Shown here: positions 27,340 to 41,990 of the stretch, one piece after another | Position numbering within the stretch: the stretch's first letter is position 1 | Layout: the number at the start of each line of letters is the position of its first letter | NCBI RefSeq assembly: GCF_009914755.1 | Contig: NC_060945.1 | DNA from: the human T2T-CHM13v2.0 reference genome, Homo sapiens | Strand: one strand, 5' to 3' | DNA: 64,000 nt | Position numbers and translations under genes: made by a program | The notes under the pieces: generated by a model | What the model saw: the letters and a program-made list of their open reading frames with translations, nothing else | Database searches by the model: none | Told to the model about the DNA's origin: nothing

Positions 27340-28380
27340 GTAAGTTTTGTTGTTGTTGCTGCTTTTTAATGACAGACATTACTATATCTCTGAAAAGAAA
27401 TGTATAGGAAGCTTCTTACTAAGGAACGCATATGTAAAATTTCCAGTAACGATTGAACAGTACTATTTGTTTCTTTTTTGCATCTTAGGATTTCAATCTT
27501 ATTTTATAAACGTGTGAATCTCTGCAGGTCACCTACCCTCCTGCTCAAGATATGTTCTGTTGGTGGGCATTCTGGCCAGTTGGCTGGACCATTCCAGGAT
27601 GGATGAAAATCTGTATGCCTTGTCCTTCAAGGGCAGGCCTACAAATAAGCATGCACGTCAGTGGAGTTGGGGGCAGGAAGGCCAAAGATTTCCGAGATGC
27701 TTTGCAAGTCATCTCTGGGCATTCAGCCCCATCATCCAGAGGCTCTGCCCCACTGGAATTTGGATCGCCTGTTGATGGCTGAGGTTAAGTTGTTCAGACT
27801 CCAAAGGGCCACAATGTAAGAGAAGGCCAGTCTCCAGCATTTATAAAAAAGAACAGGAGGTATTTTAATGAAAGGAGAGCACTTACTATTATGGCCCAGC
27901 TCCCCATGGCACTTTCTACTGGCTTAGACATCCCTTCTTTTTGAATGAAACATAAATCTTTATAAAAAGATTAGTGGGGCTGCTTTAATGGTTATGAAAG
28001 GTAACAGACTTGGGGTAGTAAAGAAATTTCCACATCAAACACATGAGATAATTGAGTGTTTCTTGGTTTTGTATCCATGTGATGTATTCATAAGAATCCT
28101 ACACAATTAGGTGTGTGGGGCTCGTATCATGTCATATTAAGTCTGCACCAGGTATATATAGCTGTCAGAATAAATTCCATTAAAATTGCTTTCTCAGTTG
28201 CATCAAACATCCATGTGCCAAAGCACAACAATGATAGTAATTTAGCCGCAACTGTTTCCAGAACACATGGTGGACTGCCTAGAAGTGTACAAATAAATCA
28301 AATCACTAGGGTTCGAATTTCAGGGTGGCTGGAGGATGTGTGCACGCCAGAAACTATTTGGATTATTAACATCAATGCAA

Positions 28381-28514
28381 TACCCAAGTGTTCCATTATT
28401 GGAACACTAAACATGTGGGAGTTATTTATATCCTACTGCTCAAGGTCATCATCAAAGTCTGATTTTTCACTGACGCAAAAATTCAAAAAAATTGCAACCT
28501 CCAGCATAAATGGG
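28381..28514 (+). mobile_element. MER85 (piggyBac/PGBD3-derived MITE), 5' TIR degraded
   Basis: AGTGTTCCATTATTGGAACACTAAACATGTGGGAGTTATTTATATCCTACTGCTCAAGGTCATC...AAAAATTGCAACCTCCAGCATAAATGGG. Confidence 0.9.
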
Positions 28515-28830
28515 TTTAAGGAGGTATTCCCAGTTCACTGTGGATACTGGTTATGACAGAAGGGTCCCTCAACAGTCAGCGCTACTGCTGAAAGATTCCA
28601 ATTGATTACCTCCCTGGGACTATGAAGTACCGATAGGCCCCTCAACCAGGAGAATTTCAAAAATAATTTTTCCTACCCATTATACACAAAATCAAGATGA
28701 TTAAATGTGGAGAAAAATACATCCAATGAAAAATACAGAACACTGTATAGATACACAGACTATATGTACTATATATAGATACAGAGCACTATATAATATC
28801 TATAATAGTATATACATACTATGTATACAC

Positions 28831-28837
<7 letters not shown>

Positions 28838-28867
<30 letters not shown>
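28838..28867. repeat. (CA)n microsatellite following a TA-rich tract
   Basis: Direct reading. Confidence 0.9.
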
Positions 28868-28870
<3 letters not shown>

Positions 28871-29637
28871 ATCCTGGAGGTATCCTGGAAAATACTCTGT
28901 AAATGCATCAATCTAACTTGTGAAATAAAAAACTGAGTATTCAAATCTGATTTCTGAACAATTACACCTTTTACAAGCTGGTTCAGGAAACGTGTGCATC
29001 GGGACATAAAGAGGTTTATGATATTTAGTGAAGTTAAGAAGTTAAAGAGTGATATCGTATGCAATTCTTGTTTTGCTCGTAAACATTTTTCAATTGAAAG
29101 TTTAGTTTCAACAGTTACTCTAATAACTTATTAGCATTATACAAAGTATAAAATATATTACCTGCCAAATAGTATCAAGCAAACTTCTATATTCTATTTC
29201 ATAAAGCATACAATACAGCACTCATGCTCTAGCAAGCAGGATGCTACTAGGTTATGTGATATCAACGTCTGTGAGAGTTCCCTACCAATAGAAAAAAAGA
29301 AACTCAAAATGTTAGGATTTAGTTGCTTTTTTTTTAGTGCATGATGCAAACCATTCTCTACCAAGGCTCATAGAGCCTTGGTAATAGCTGCAAAGAAGAT
29401 GTGATCTAGGATTTGTGCCAAGTGTTATATTCTATACAGGAAAATAGGGAAATCTGTAAAATTCTGGCTTGGGCTGAAATCAGTAGTTTATGCTTCAGTT
29501 GTTGAATTAGACATAATTAGGTAATTCCATATTAAGTTCAGAATGGCATTTAAAATGAGTTTGGATATTTCCAGTCTTTCTTTGCCTGCTGCTAGACAGA
29601 AACATGGCTGCCTCTCTGGTTCCTGAATTTTAAAGAC

Positions 29638-29639
<2 letters not shown>

Positions 29640-29695
<56 letters not shown>
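29640..29695. repeat. (TG)n microsatellite, ~28 units
   Basis: Direct reading. Confidence 0.95.
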
Positions 29696-29697
<2 letters not shown>

Positions 29698-30829
29698 ATA
29701 TATGTGTATATCTACACATACATGCAAACACACATAAGTAATATCACACACTTATGTGAATTACTGCATAAAATCAAGCTTAATGTATAACCTTTTTATC
29801 TGCTTTCTGACTTTATAGGATTAATATGTGATAAGCGTACTCCCTTATCTCTTTCAGAATGTATTCTTTCTTGAGAAGATAAGGATGGAGAGATCTACTG
29901 AAAAAGCAATGCACAGTCCTGTCATATTGTCCTAGCATGACATAAAATTCCATGGTATGTCACACTAGGAAAGGTCACACTGACAAGCTGACAGCTGCAA
30001 TCCTGACAGATTCTGCACTATGACAGGCAAATGACTTTATGTCCTCAATGCACAAAACGCCTGCAACAACAAAATGCATGTTTTCCTTTGCATTTGCAAA
30101 ACATCCCAGAAAGCTTCAATTACCCTCAACGATTTTCCAGCTATCCTTGGGGACCACTGCCCATGTCCTGATCCAACACCTTAGGATGACAATTCCACCA
30201 TCCATCTGAGCATTGCTTAGTACTAATGCCAATAAATATTTGCTGCTGTTGACAAGAGATAAACAAAAGTAGAACATCAAAGTGCTACAACTCTTCTTTT
30301 AAGAACAGATAATATTCAATTAAGAAACATTTATATTGAAATGCTTGAAGCACTGAGGTTATATAAAGTACAAACAGTCCCTGCCCTCCTGTAAAAGTAT
30401 TCTAACTGAAAAGCTCAGGAGATGAACTAATTAGTCACTAACAAGACTAAAAGGAAGTAAGAGCCTTGGCCCTTGAATCAGCAAAGGCATCCATTGTGTG
30501 TAAGTACATCGAAGCAGGGGATATGTCCTTGGCTGGGCCTATGCCTGGCACATGAAACTATTCTACTCTCCAACAGGGCCCTAACATGGGAACAAGGTTC
30601 ACGAGTACACCCCAAATACCTGCCTAGGTAGGATAAAGAAAAACACATCCTAATGAGCAAACTTACGGACTGAAACAGAAAGATATATATAAGCCAATTA
30701 GACAGTCTGTCACCATGGCAAAGTCTGCTCATGATGAATCAGGGCAATTTTCTCTTTTTTCTAATCTATATCAAATGTCTAAACTCTCACCATGTTCAGG
30801 GGACTGTTCAGGTTTCATTCCCAGTTATG

Positions 30830-31015
30830 AAAGGCAGTATAATGAAACAATGAAGGTGTCAGAAACTCAGCCTAGTCACGTGTTCGTATGTGGCTTTAGC
30901 CATAACATGTGCTCTGAGTTTCTTTTGTTCTTCTGTGAAATGAAGATTACAATGCCCAAATTGAAGGATTGTCAAAAGGATGAAATGAAACCATATCTGT
31001 GAAAGTTTTCTGTGA
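30830..31015 (+). mobile_element. Degenerate MIR
   Basis: CTGAGTTTC...CTGTGAAATGAAGATTACAATG...GGATGAAATGA. Confidence 0.55.
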
Positions 31016-32074
31016 AGACCACTCTGAAACACTCAATTTTCAATTACCCAATTTTCCCACTTTAAAAAATGTATGACTAAAGCAGAAAAAGCAATATAAC
31101 AATGTAAAGGCACTATATAGAACAGAAAGGAATCCTTCTAGAATGAAGAGGAAGGATGGGCAAAGAGTTCACACGGGGAAGTGTTTAATAGCTGCAGAGT
31201 TTATACAATTCATCTTTGAAAAAAACTAAGTGATTTCCGTACATGCAAATCACCTTCCCAAATCAAGGGAAATCAAATGAAAATGTAGAAGTCGCCACAA
31301 GAAGGTCTCTGCAGTATCTCAGGCAGAAGCATTCTTCTCAAAGTAGGGTAAATATACAGAGAGGAAACACTACCAATGGCTTAATCACAGACTTTGGTGA
31401 TGACTTTGGTGATGGGTACCTCTCCTTTCGAGTGTGTGGCACCATAAAATAGTAGGAGAGGCAGGGCCAGATAAATTCTATCTCGACGTCCACAAGAATG
31501 GGTGAGGCAGAGGTCCTCAGAATCACAAACTGCGCACAACCTGCTGACCTTGGTAGGCTGGAGAGAAGTGAAGTGGAACAACTCACACAGAAATGTAACC
31601 TGATATCAGAAGGTACTTCCCTGTAAATGGGGGATGACTCCTACTAATCTAGTTATGCTTTCCCCGCTCCAAATAAACCTTTTGCAAGTACCTGATCTAG
31701 GAAGACTTCCACCAAAAAGCGAGACATAGATCAAGAAGCTCCCAGCATGGGATTGATATCAATGTAATGTAAGACCAGGTTCAGAGAAGCACTGGAAAAA
31801 CAAGTGGAACATAATGCTCCACCAGAAAAAGTAGTTATTGAGCCGACGAATCATTTGAACGAAATGTATGGTCATGAATGAAAAGAACTGAATGAAGCAA
31901 TCAAATAGCTCAGAGCAGAGGTAAAAGATGAAGTTCAGACGAGAGAAAGATGGAATATAAGCTATCAGAATACTTGAAAGAAAAAAAGGGAATTAAAAAA
32001 TAAAAAAACTGATTGCCATATTGTAATCAACCCAAAGAAACTAGACACTGTCCAGAAGAGGAAGAATTGCATTA

Positions 32075-32563
<489 letters not shown>

Positions 32564-32577
32564 CTAAAAAGTATTAA

Positions 32578-32714
32578 TATACCTAATGCTAAATGACGAG
32601 TTAATGGGTGCAGCACACCAACATGGCACATGTATACATATGTAACAAACCTGCACATTGTGCACATGTACCCTAAAACTTAAAGTATAATAATAATAAA
32701 AGAAAAGAAAAAGA
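32578..32714 (+). mobile_element. Young, heavily 5'-truncated L1PA (PA3/4-like) 3' end
   Basis: TATACCTAATGCTAAATGACGAGTTAATGGGTGCAGCACACC...CCCTAAAACTTAAAGTATAAT. TSD AAAAAGTATTAA. Confidence 0.95.
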
Positions 32715-33832
32715 AAAAAGTATTAAATATAATTTTTTTAAATAATAGAGAAGTATCATTGCAAGAAGGCTTGAATATGCAGATGAAAATGATCACAATG
32801 CCCTAAGAATAGTTGATATTAAAAATTTAGCAAGAACTGTATCTAAATTAGTATTTCATTAATTGGACTTTTGTAGATAAATTATAATTAGAAAAAAAAT
32901 TTTTTAGAGTTCACTTAAAAAAAAGTAAATTAAAATTACACCAATCTCAGATTTTCTCACAGTAACAGTCTACTTATGAAACTATTGGGATAACATCTAT
33001 GAAATTCTCAAGAAAACAAAATGTTATACCCAGGCAGAATAACATTTAATTATATGATTACAGGTCACATTTTCAAATGGGAAAATAGGCAGGAATTGCA
33101 GGGGCTGTAAAATCTTCCTGACAATCAGAAAAAAAATTAGCTAATGAGAAAATGAGGAAAGACCACTAATATTGAACTCTAGCTAACGATATGTATGCTA
33201 ACGTGTTCAAAGGTAAAGTCGATTGCTATCTGAAAATTATTGTGAAGTGCAATACACTTCACAATAATACAAAAATTATTGTGAATACACAATACAAAAA
33301 TTATTGTGAATACAATGGAATGATGAGTGTCACTAAATGGATAGCTAATAGGTAAAGCAAATATTGCATATATTGATTGTACAATCCAGGTAATGGTTAA
33401 TGGGTGCTCACAATACAATTATTTTCATATTTCTATATATTTATGACTTTTCATAATAAAATGATGAAAAATCACAAAACCATAGCAAAGTATTGTCTCT
33501 CCACATTTATTCTATTTAACTATAGTATTAGGAGTAAAATATCTGTGGAAATTACTGTACAGAAATCAATTGTAAATCATGGCAATTTAGAATTACTGTA
33601 ACAAAAGTCCATAGGACAAAGAAGATGAGAGATAAGGGATAGAGGGATGCCTATACAGGAATCAAATAGATTCTTTAATGGTGATAAATCAATTAATCAA
33701 GATATAAATACTGGAAAAACCAATAAAAATATAACCAAGTTAATTTGGGGAGTGGCATACTTAGAATACTTTATAATTTCATCTCTGGCCATAGTGGGAA
33801 GTTGACACTGTATTTGGAAAAAGAAGAAGGCT

Positions 33833-34174
<342 letters not shown>

Positions 34175-34730
34175 TCAATTTGTAATTACAGAGTTAGCCA
34201 TTATAAAAACTAAAAACATCCCACATTTTCATATTATGAAAAGAAATATTGCACACACTTACACAGAAAAAGAGGGGAAAATGCAAAATAAAGATATAAA
34301 GAGAAAGAATAACGTAAAATATGATATTTACAATGTGAATGTGCTACATATGCCTCCCTTTGGACCACAAACTTAACTATACATTGTTGTGGTAAGTTTT
34401 AAAGTATTTACAAATATCAAATATTAATAATGTGGAAAGGCAAATCAGGCAAATTGGAAAGGAAAGCCATGGCCATGTTCTGAGTAGCAGACACAGTTAA
34501 AACAGGGTAGAAAGCATTCCTGTGACAAAGCATGGCCCTTTATGATGAGTAAGCATATACTCAGCAATAAACATGTAAGAGGTATGAATATGTGCACACG
34601 ATGAAAATATTACATCAAATTTAATAAAGTGAAACCTACAAGAATTTTTTAAATAGGCAGAAGTATGTCAATAGTGAGGGACTTCAATTCACATCTCTCA
34701 GTCCATGACTGACCCAGTATACAACGAAAG

Positions 34731-35825
34731 AAAAATAATGAAGATTTAAACAACATAGTTATATCTATTTGTACTTTACCTAATTCTATAACCTAAGGAC
34801 AGATAATTGACCTTCCTTCCCAGCAACTGAGGAAAAAAATGCCAATCTTGAAGACATGCTAGGTCACAAAGAGAAGTTCATTAAATATTTCCCCACAAAG
34901 TTATAACTTATCAGGATTTATGACCAAGAATTCACTCTTGAATTACAAAGGAAACAAAACCAGAGATCGAAGAACATTTACAAAAGTTGTATATGAAGTA
35001 GAACCTAGGTAATATGTTAAAAGCAATGCTCAGGAGACATTTTAAGTCTCGTACACATACATATGTAAATAATAAGAAAGGATGAAAATAAATGACATAA
35101 GCATCCAACTGAAAGAACTAGAAAAAAGCCAATAAAATATGCATGAGGAAAGCAAAAGGAACAAGTTAATAAAAACGTAAATACAAGAATGAATGCATTT
35201 GAAAACAGAATCATGTTAGACCTATTAAGTAAATGTAAAGTTTTAAGATAAAAAATTAGATTGTTGATTAAACATCAAAAGCAAAAATAATGAAGATTTA
35301 AACAACATAGTTAGATCTATTTGTACTTTACCTAATTCTGTAACCTAAGGACAGATAATTCATATTCCTTCCCGGCAATCAAGGAAAAAATTGCCAATCT
35401 TGAAGACATGTTAGGTCACAAAGAGAAGTTCATTAAATATTTCCCCACAAAGTTAGAACTTATCAGGATTTATGACCAAGAATTCACTCTTGAATCACAA
35501 AGGAAACCAAAACGGTGACTGGAGAACATATACAAAAGTTATATATGAGAGTAGAACCTAGGTAAAATGTTAAAAGCAATGCTCAGGAGACATTTTAAGT
35601 CTTGTACACATACGTATATAAATAACAAGAAAGGATGAAAATAAATGACATAAGCATCCAACTAAAAGAACTAGAAAAAAAATCAATAAAATACGAACAA
35701 AAAAGCAAAAGGAACAAGTTAATAAAATCATAAACACAAGAATCAATGCATTCGAAAACAGAATGATGTTAGAGCTATTAAATAAATCAAAAGTTTTGAA
35801 ATAAAAATTAGATTGTTGATTAAAC
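34731..35825. repeat. Tandem duplication, ~552-bp period, inside the old L1
   Basis: Copies 34731-35273 and 35283-35825 both run AAAAATAATGAAGATTTAAACAACATAG...GATTGTTGATTAAAC at roughly 90% identity. Confidence 0.95.
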
Positions 35826-36560
35826 TAAGCAAGAAAAGAAGAACAAAACAAAATTAGAAATGAGAACAGGGAATGAATCAGATAGTGATGAAATTAAATG
35901 CTAGAACATACCATTCGATAAGAGAAGGAAATTAAAACTGTGCATATTAAAAAAGAAAGGAAATTACCATTGTTTGCACAAAATATAACTGTATAAATAA
36001 AAAGTTCATGAGAACCAATGGAAAAACTCTTAGACATGGTAAAGATAATTCAGTGAAGTGACTGAGTAAAAAGTAAAAAGTAAATAGGTTGCCTAAGTAT
36101 GTACAAAGAAGCATGCTTTCAGATCCAAGATCCATGCACAATAGAAACAAAAAGCATAAGTATAAAAAATGTGTACAAACCATATGAACAGCACGTTGAA
36201 ATGCTTCTTTACTACACAAAATGACCATTGAGTAAGCGGAATGCAGACTCTACTTAAGATGGGAACACAATATCCTAAAGAAAGCAATGCATGAATTAAT
36301 CTATATATTTCAAACAACTCTAGCAAAATATGAAAGATATTTTTTTCTCCAGCAAAGTAATCCAGTTTTAAAGTAAACATGCAAAAACAACCAGATTTTA
36401 AAGAAAACCTGCCCCCCACCCAAAAAAAAAGAATAAATAAGGTAGCAATCGGTAGGAAAAACAGAATCAAGTATGGATAAATGGTGTTGAGGCAACTGGA
36501 ACTTGTGGAAAAAACTAAAATTGCATTCCTATCGAATTCATCAAATAAAAACAAGTTCCA

Positions 36561-36936
36561 CGAGATCATGTCCTTTGCTGGGACACAGATGGAACTGGAA
36601 GCCATTATCCTCAGCAAACTAACACAGGAGCAGAAAACCAAACACCGCATTTTCTCACTTATAAGTGGGAGCTGAACAATGAGAACACATGGACACAAGG
36701 AGGGGAACAACACACACTGGGGACTGTTGGTGGCATTGGGGAAAGGAGAGCATCAGGATAAATAGCTAATGCATGCTGGGCTTAATACCTAGGTAATGGG
36801 TTGATAGGTGCAGCAAACCACCATGGCACATATTTACCTATGTAACAAACCTGCACATCCTGCACAGGTACCCCAGAACTTAAAATAGAATATCATTAAA
36901 TGTTTTAAAAAGTTGGAAGAAAAAAATAAAAATAAA
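36561..36936 (+). mobile_element. 5'-truncated L1PA (PA8-11-like): end of ORF2 plus 3' UTR
   Basis: GAGATCATGTCCTTTGC...GCCATTATCCTCAGCAAACTAACACAGG (ORF track reads EIMSFAGTQMELEAIILSKLTQEQKTKH). 18-bp TSD AAATAAAAACAAGTTCCA. Confidence 0.95.
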
Positions 36937-37929
36937 AAATAAAAACAAGTTCCAGAGATACAAATGACAAACATAAAATAATGTTATTATTAGACAAAAA
37001 TATGGGAAATTTTGTTTTCTGTAGCCTAAGATAGCAAAGATCTGAGTATGATACAAAATTATGATTCCATAAACAACTTAGAAACTTAACCACATAAAAA
37101 ATAATTATTTACAGCAAAAGCAAAAAGTAAACAAAGTAGGAAAATGTTTTGTAATTTAGACCACAGAAAATAGATCTTTCCTTAAACTGTGAGTAAATCC
37201 TATTAATTATCCATTAAAGAAAAAAATCAACCACCCAAAAACATGATGGATGAGGGACATAAATGGGTAGTTAATTGAAAAGGAAATATGATTGCTAAGA
37301 AATGTGTGAAAAGATGCTGGTTTTCTTCAAAAGAGAGATGCAAATAAAAAACATGAAATGTTATTCTCAACTGTCAGAACGGCAGAAATAATAATGCTGG
37401 GTGACATGAATCAGCCAAAGAGATATGGAAATACACATTCTCATAGTACTGATGGAAATGAAAATGGATAAAATATATACAGAGACAAATTTGGCAACAT
37501 CTATCACACGTTTAAAGTGTATATAACCTTTGATTCAGAAGACTCACTTCTAGGAATTTATACAACAGATATACGGTGCATATGCAAGCTTATTGATTTA
37601 TACGACTATCAGTTACAGCCCTGTTCATAGTTGCAAAAGAATTGAACACAAAATATTCATCAATAAAGGCTAGCTAAGTAAATGAAGTATATTCATAAAA
37701 TAGGAACAATGCAGCTGTTTAAAAGAAAGAAAAAACATGAATGAAGTATTATTCACATAGGCATAATACTTTACCACTTCTGCAAATAAATTATATATTT
37801 GCATATGCTTATACATGCATAGAGTAGCTCTGAAAGGATACCCGAGAAACTGGTGTTTGCCTATGAAATGAGGAACTGTGTGACTATAGGCAGAAACTCT
37901 TAATACAATTGCAAAAGATGAACATTATA

Positions 37930-38148
37930 ACAATAATAATAACATTTTCTAAAATCCCTTTTCCAGGACCTGGCACACATACATATGATTCATTACCCAC
38001 AGTAGGTAGCCCTGCCACAAATACTGTGAGGTAGATACTTTATTTCCCTGGGTTCCAGCAGTTTAGAGAAGTTAAATGACCTGCTCCAGGTAACCCAGCT
38101 CTAAGAGGCAGAGCTGGTTTCACACTCAAGCATTCCAGCTCTGGGGTC
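37930..38148 (-). mobile_element. MIR
   Basis: GTTTAGAGAAGTTAAATGACCTGCTCCAGGTAACCCAGCTCTAAGAGGCAGAGCTGG. Confidence 0.7.
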
Positions 38149-38162
38149 TGGGGGGAGGCAGG

Positions 38163-38660
38163 TGTGACAGGTAGAATAATGTCCCAATCCCCCCACAAAT
38201 ACGTTTGCATCCCAATCCGCAGAACCTGTGAATGTGTAAGGTTTCATGGCAAAGGGGAGTTAAGGTTGCTCCTCAGCTGACTTTAATGTAGGGAGATTAG
38301 CCTGGATTATCCACGTGGGTCCAAGGTAATCATGAGTTCTTAAAAGTGGAAGCAAGCATCAGAGCCGGCGATGCAATGTGAAAAAGACTTGAATGGCCAT
38401 TGCTGGCTTTGCAGAGAGAAGGGACTAATGGATTGTGAGTCAAGAGCTGCAAGTTGTCTCAAAAAGCTGGGAAACTCAAGCAGAACTGCTCTAGAGCCCC
38501 CAGAAAGGGACCTAGCTCTGCCAACACCTTAATTTTAGACCACTGAGAGCATTTAACGCTCTGGACTTCTGACATCCACAATAGTATGACAATAACTTTG
38601 TCTTAAGCCACTTAGGTGTGTGCTAATTTGTTAAAGCAGCAGCAGCAGGAAATGAATATG
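38163..38660 (+). mobile_element. MLT1D MaLR LTR
   Basis: TGTGACAGGTAGAATAATG...GAACCTGTGAATGTG...GGGAGATTAGCCTGGATTATCC...TAATTTGTTAAAGCAGCAGC. Confidence 0.85.
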
Positions 38661-38856
38661 GCAGAAAAGAATAGAAAAATGACCACAGGAAGATAAGGAG
38701 GCAGTAGGGAGCAGATGGGATTTTTAACCCACGTCTTTCCTCTTGGAACTCCTTCCTGCAAGTTCAGATAAGAAAATTTCATGCAGGGAATATAGGAGAT
38801 CCCAGCCATACCACCCACAAACAGGAACCCAAGAGTACTTCTATTAGAGCCTGGTA

Positions 38857-39400
38857 CAGAGGCTCTCATGATGTGGCACCAAGACCAGTAGCAGAAGTGT
38901 CACCTGAGAATGGGTTAGCAAATCAAATTCTTGGACCCATCTTCTGGCAGCTGGAATAAAAATCTTAGAGCCATGGCTAACACTCTGGTTTGACAAGTCC
39001 TCCAAGTAAGCCTGATGTGATGCATGCCTGAGAACCGCTGGCTTAATGTAGCTCTTGGTTTAGACTGAGCAAGGCATCCAAAATGTTACTGCACATTGGA
39101 ATCACGTGGAGATCTTTAAAAAATTTTCACATCTTTGTTGCACCCAAGACCCATGGAATTAGAATGCTTAGGCAGGGGAGGTGGCAATAAAGATCCCCAA
39201 GTGAACCATATGCATGACAGTTTGAAAGCACTGGTTTAGAGCAATAGTTCTCAATCTTGATACATTGAAACCACTCAGGGCCAATTAAAATGTATAGATA
39301 CCTGGGTTCCATCCCTAGGTGATCTAATTGATTGGTTTACAGCCTGAGTGTCAGGAATCTTAATCCCTAGATGATTCTAATGCAACCCTAAGGTGAAAGC
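38857..39400. mobile_element. Three adjacent MER5-family (hAT-Charlie) MITEs (~38857-39040, ~39071-39232, ~39242-39400)
   Basis: Ends CAGAGGCTCTCA../TGAGAACCGCTG, TTTGAAAGCACTG and CAATAGTTCTCAA. Internal TTGGAATCACGTGGAGATCTTTAAAAA and GATGATTCTAATGCA. Confidence 0.75.
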
Positions 39401-39653
39401 TAGAGCAGAATTCCCACTTGTAGCACCTGATCAGAGTTAGGTGCCACATGGTAAATGTGGGGGCCAGGAGAAGAGTCATTTCCCAACCCCCAGTCATTTC
39501 TGAAAAGTCAACTGATATTCAACTTTGCAAAATAGAAATGTTAATCTTATTTTTATTCCATATAGTTCAAAGTATTTTCAAGAGTTGATTTATTGTATCA
39601 CTGCAATTGTTGCTACTATTTCCTCTTTGACATACTTTCTGCTATAAGGAGTG

Positions 39654-39731
39654 CTAGGTTGAACCATCTGAAATTGCTTGATTGGTCCACATTTGACATA
39701 TAAAACAGCAATTTCATATTATTCAGCCTAA
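39654..39731. mobile_element. MADE2-type mariner MITE (~80-bp foldback)
   Basis: TAGGTTGAACCATCTGAAATTGC ... GCAATTTCATATTATTCAGCCTAA. Confidence 0.8.
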
Positions 39732-40479
39732 TAACGAGCATTGTAATATACTTCCTTAGGATACTAAAATGATGGCATTGAGAAGCTCATTATTATTGCA
39801 CACCTACTAGATAATGGCTTGCAAGCAAGGAGTTATCTGGGAATTTCTAAAATGCACTTTAAAAATAAACCCCAAATGCCTAGTTTAAATCACATGTGGT
39901 GAGCTGGACATAGCTGAACATCCAATAACAACTATGCCCAGTGCCCTGATATTCTTCTGTCCATCTCAATCAGCATCAGAAATGCAAGCCTCACTGCTCA
40001 TACCGAGACCACCCGGTATTGCACTGAATGTCTGCTCATTTGTCCAATCACCCCTTCTTCCATCAGTTCTTCCAGTGTGTTCTCTGAAATTCCCCTCCAA
40101 TATCAGCAGCATAGGCTCTGATCATCCCCACTTTCCCCAGGTCTTAACTGAAACTTGGGCATCCTCTGTAGACCCAATCTCACCCCATCCTTTGCAACAT
40201 AGGCTGCTGCTCTTCCTGACCTTCATCAGGACCAGATAAAGAGAAGGTCCATCCTTGGTCCCCATGCTGGCTTTCAAATCACAGATTGGCACCACCCATC
40301 CATGTGCAGGTCCAGACCCCTGCTCCTTAGAGGCTGGTTCCAGAAGGCTGCACCATCATTAACATCTGCTTCCAGCCTCTTTGGCATCCTTCTTGTTCCC
40401 TGAGCTCCATCATTTGTCTTCTCATCCCTAGACACCCATCCCGCAACTGTTGGCCTTACCTCATACTTCACTAGAAAGC

Positions 40480-41990
<1,511 letters not shown>

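Noticed and set aside
28330-28345. GGATGTG resembling the 5' end of 7SK RNA
   Set aside because: Similarity stops after 7 nt and the following sequence is unrelated.
28113-28556. 147-aa plus-strand ORF
   Set aside because: GTG start, runs through the non-coding MER85, and shows no piggyBac transposase or other recognisable homology.
33232-33315. Three copies of AAAATTATTGTGAA (~25-bp local repeat)
   Set aside because: Short AT-rich slippage repeat within decayed L1, with no further significance evident.
36093-36713. 206-aa minus-strand ORF, the longest in the track
   Set aside because: Antisense reading of an L1PA 3' end and old L1 sequence. MLFPSLCPCVLIVQLPL is a typical antisense-L1 translation, not a gene.
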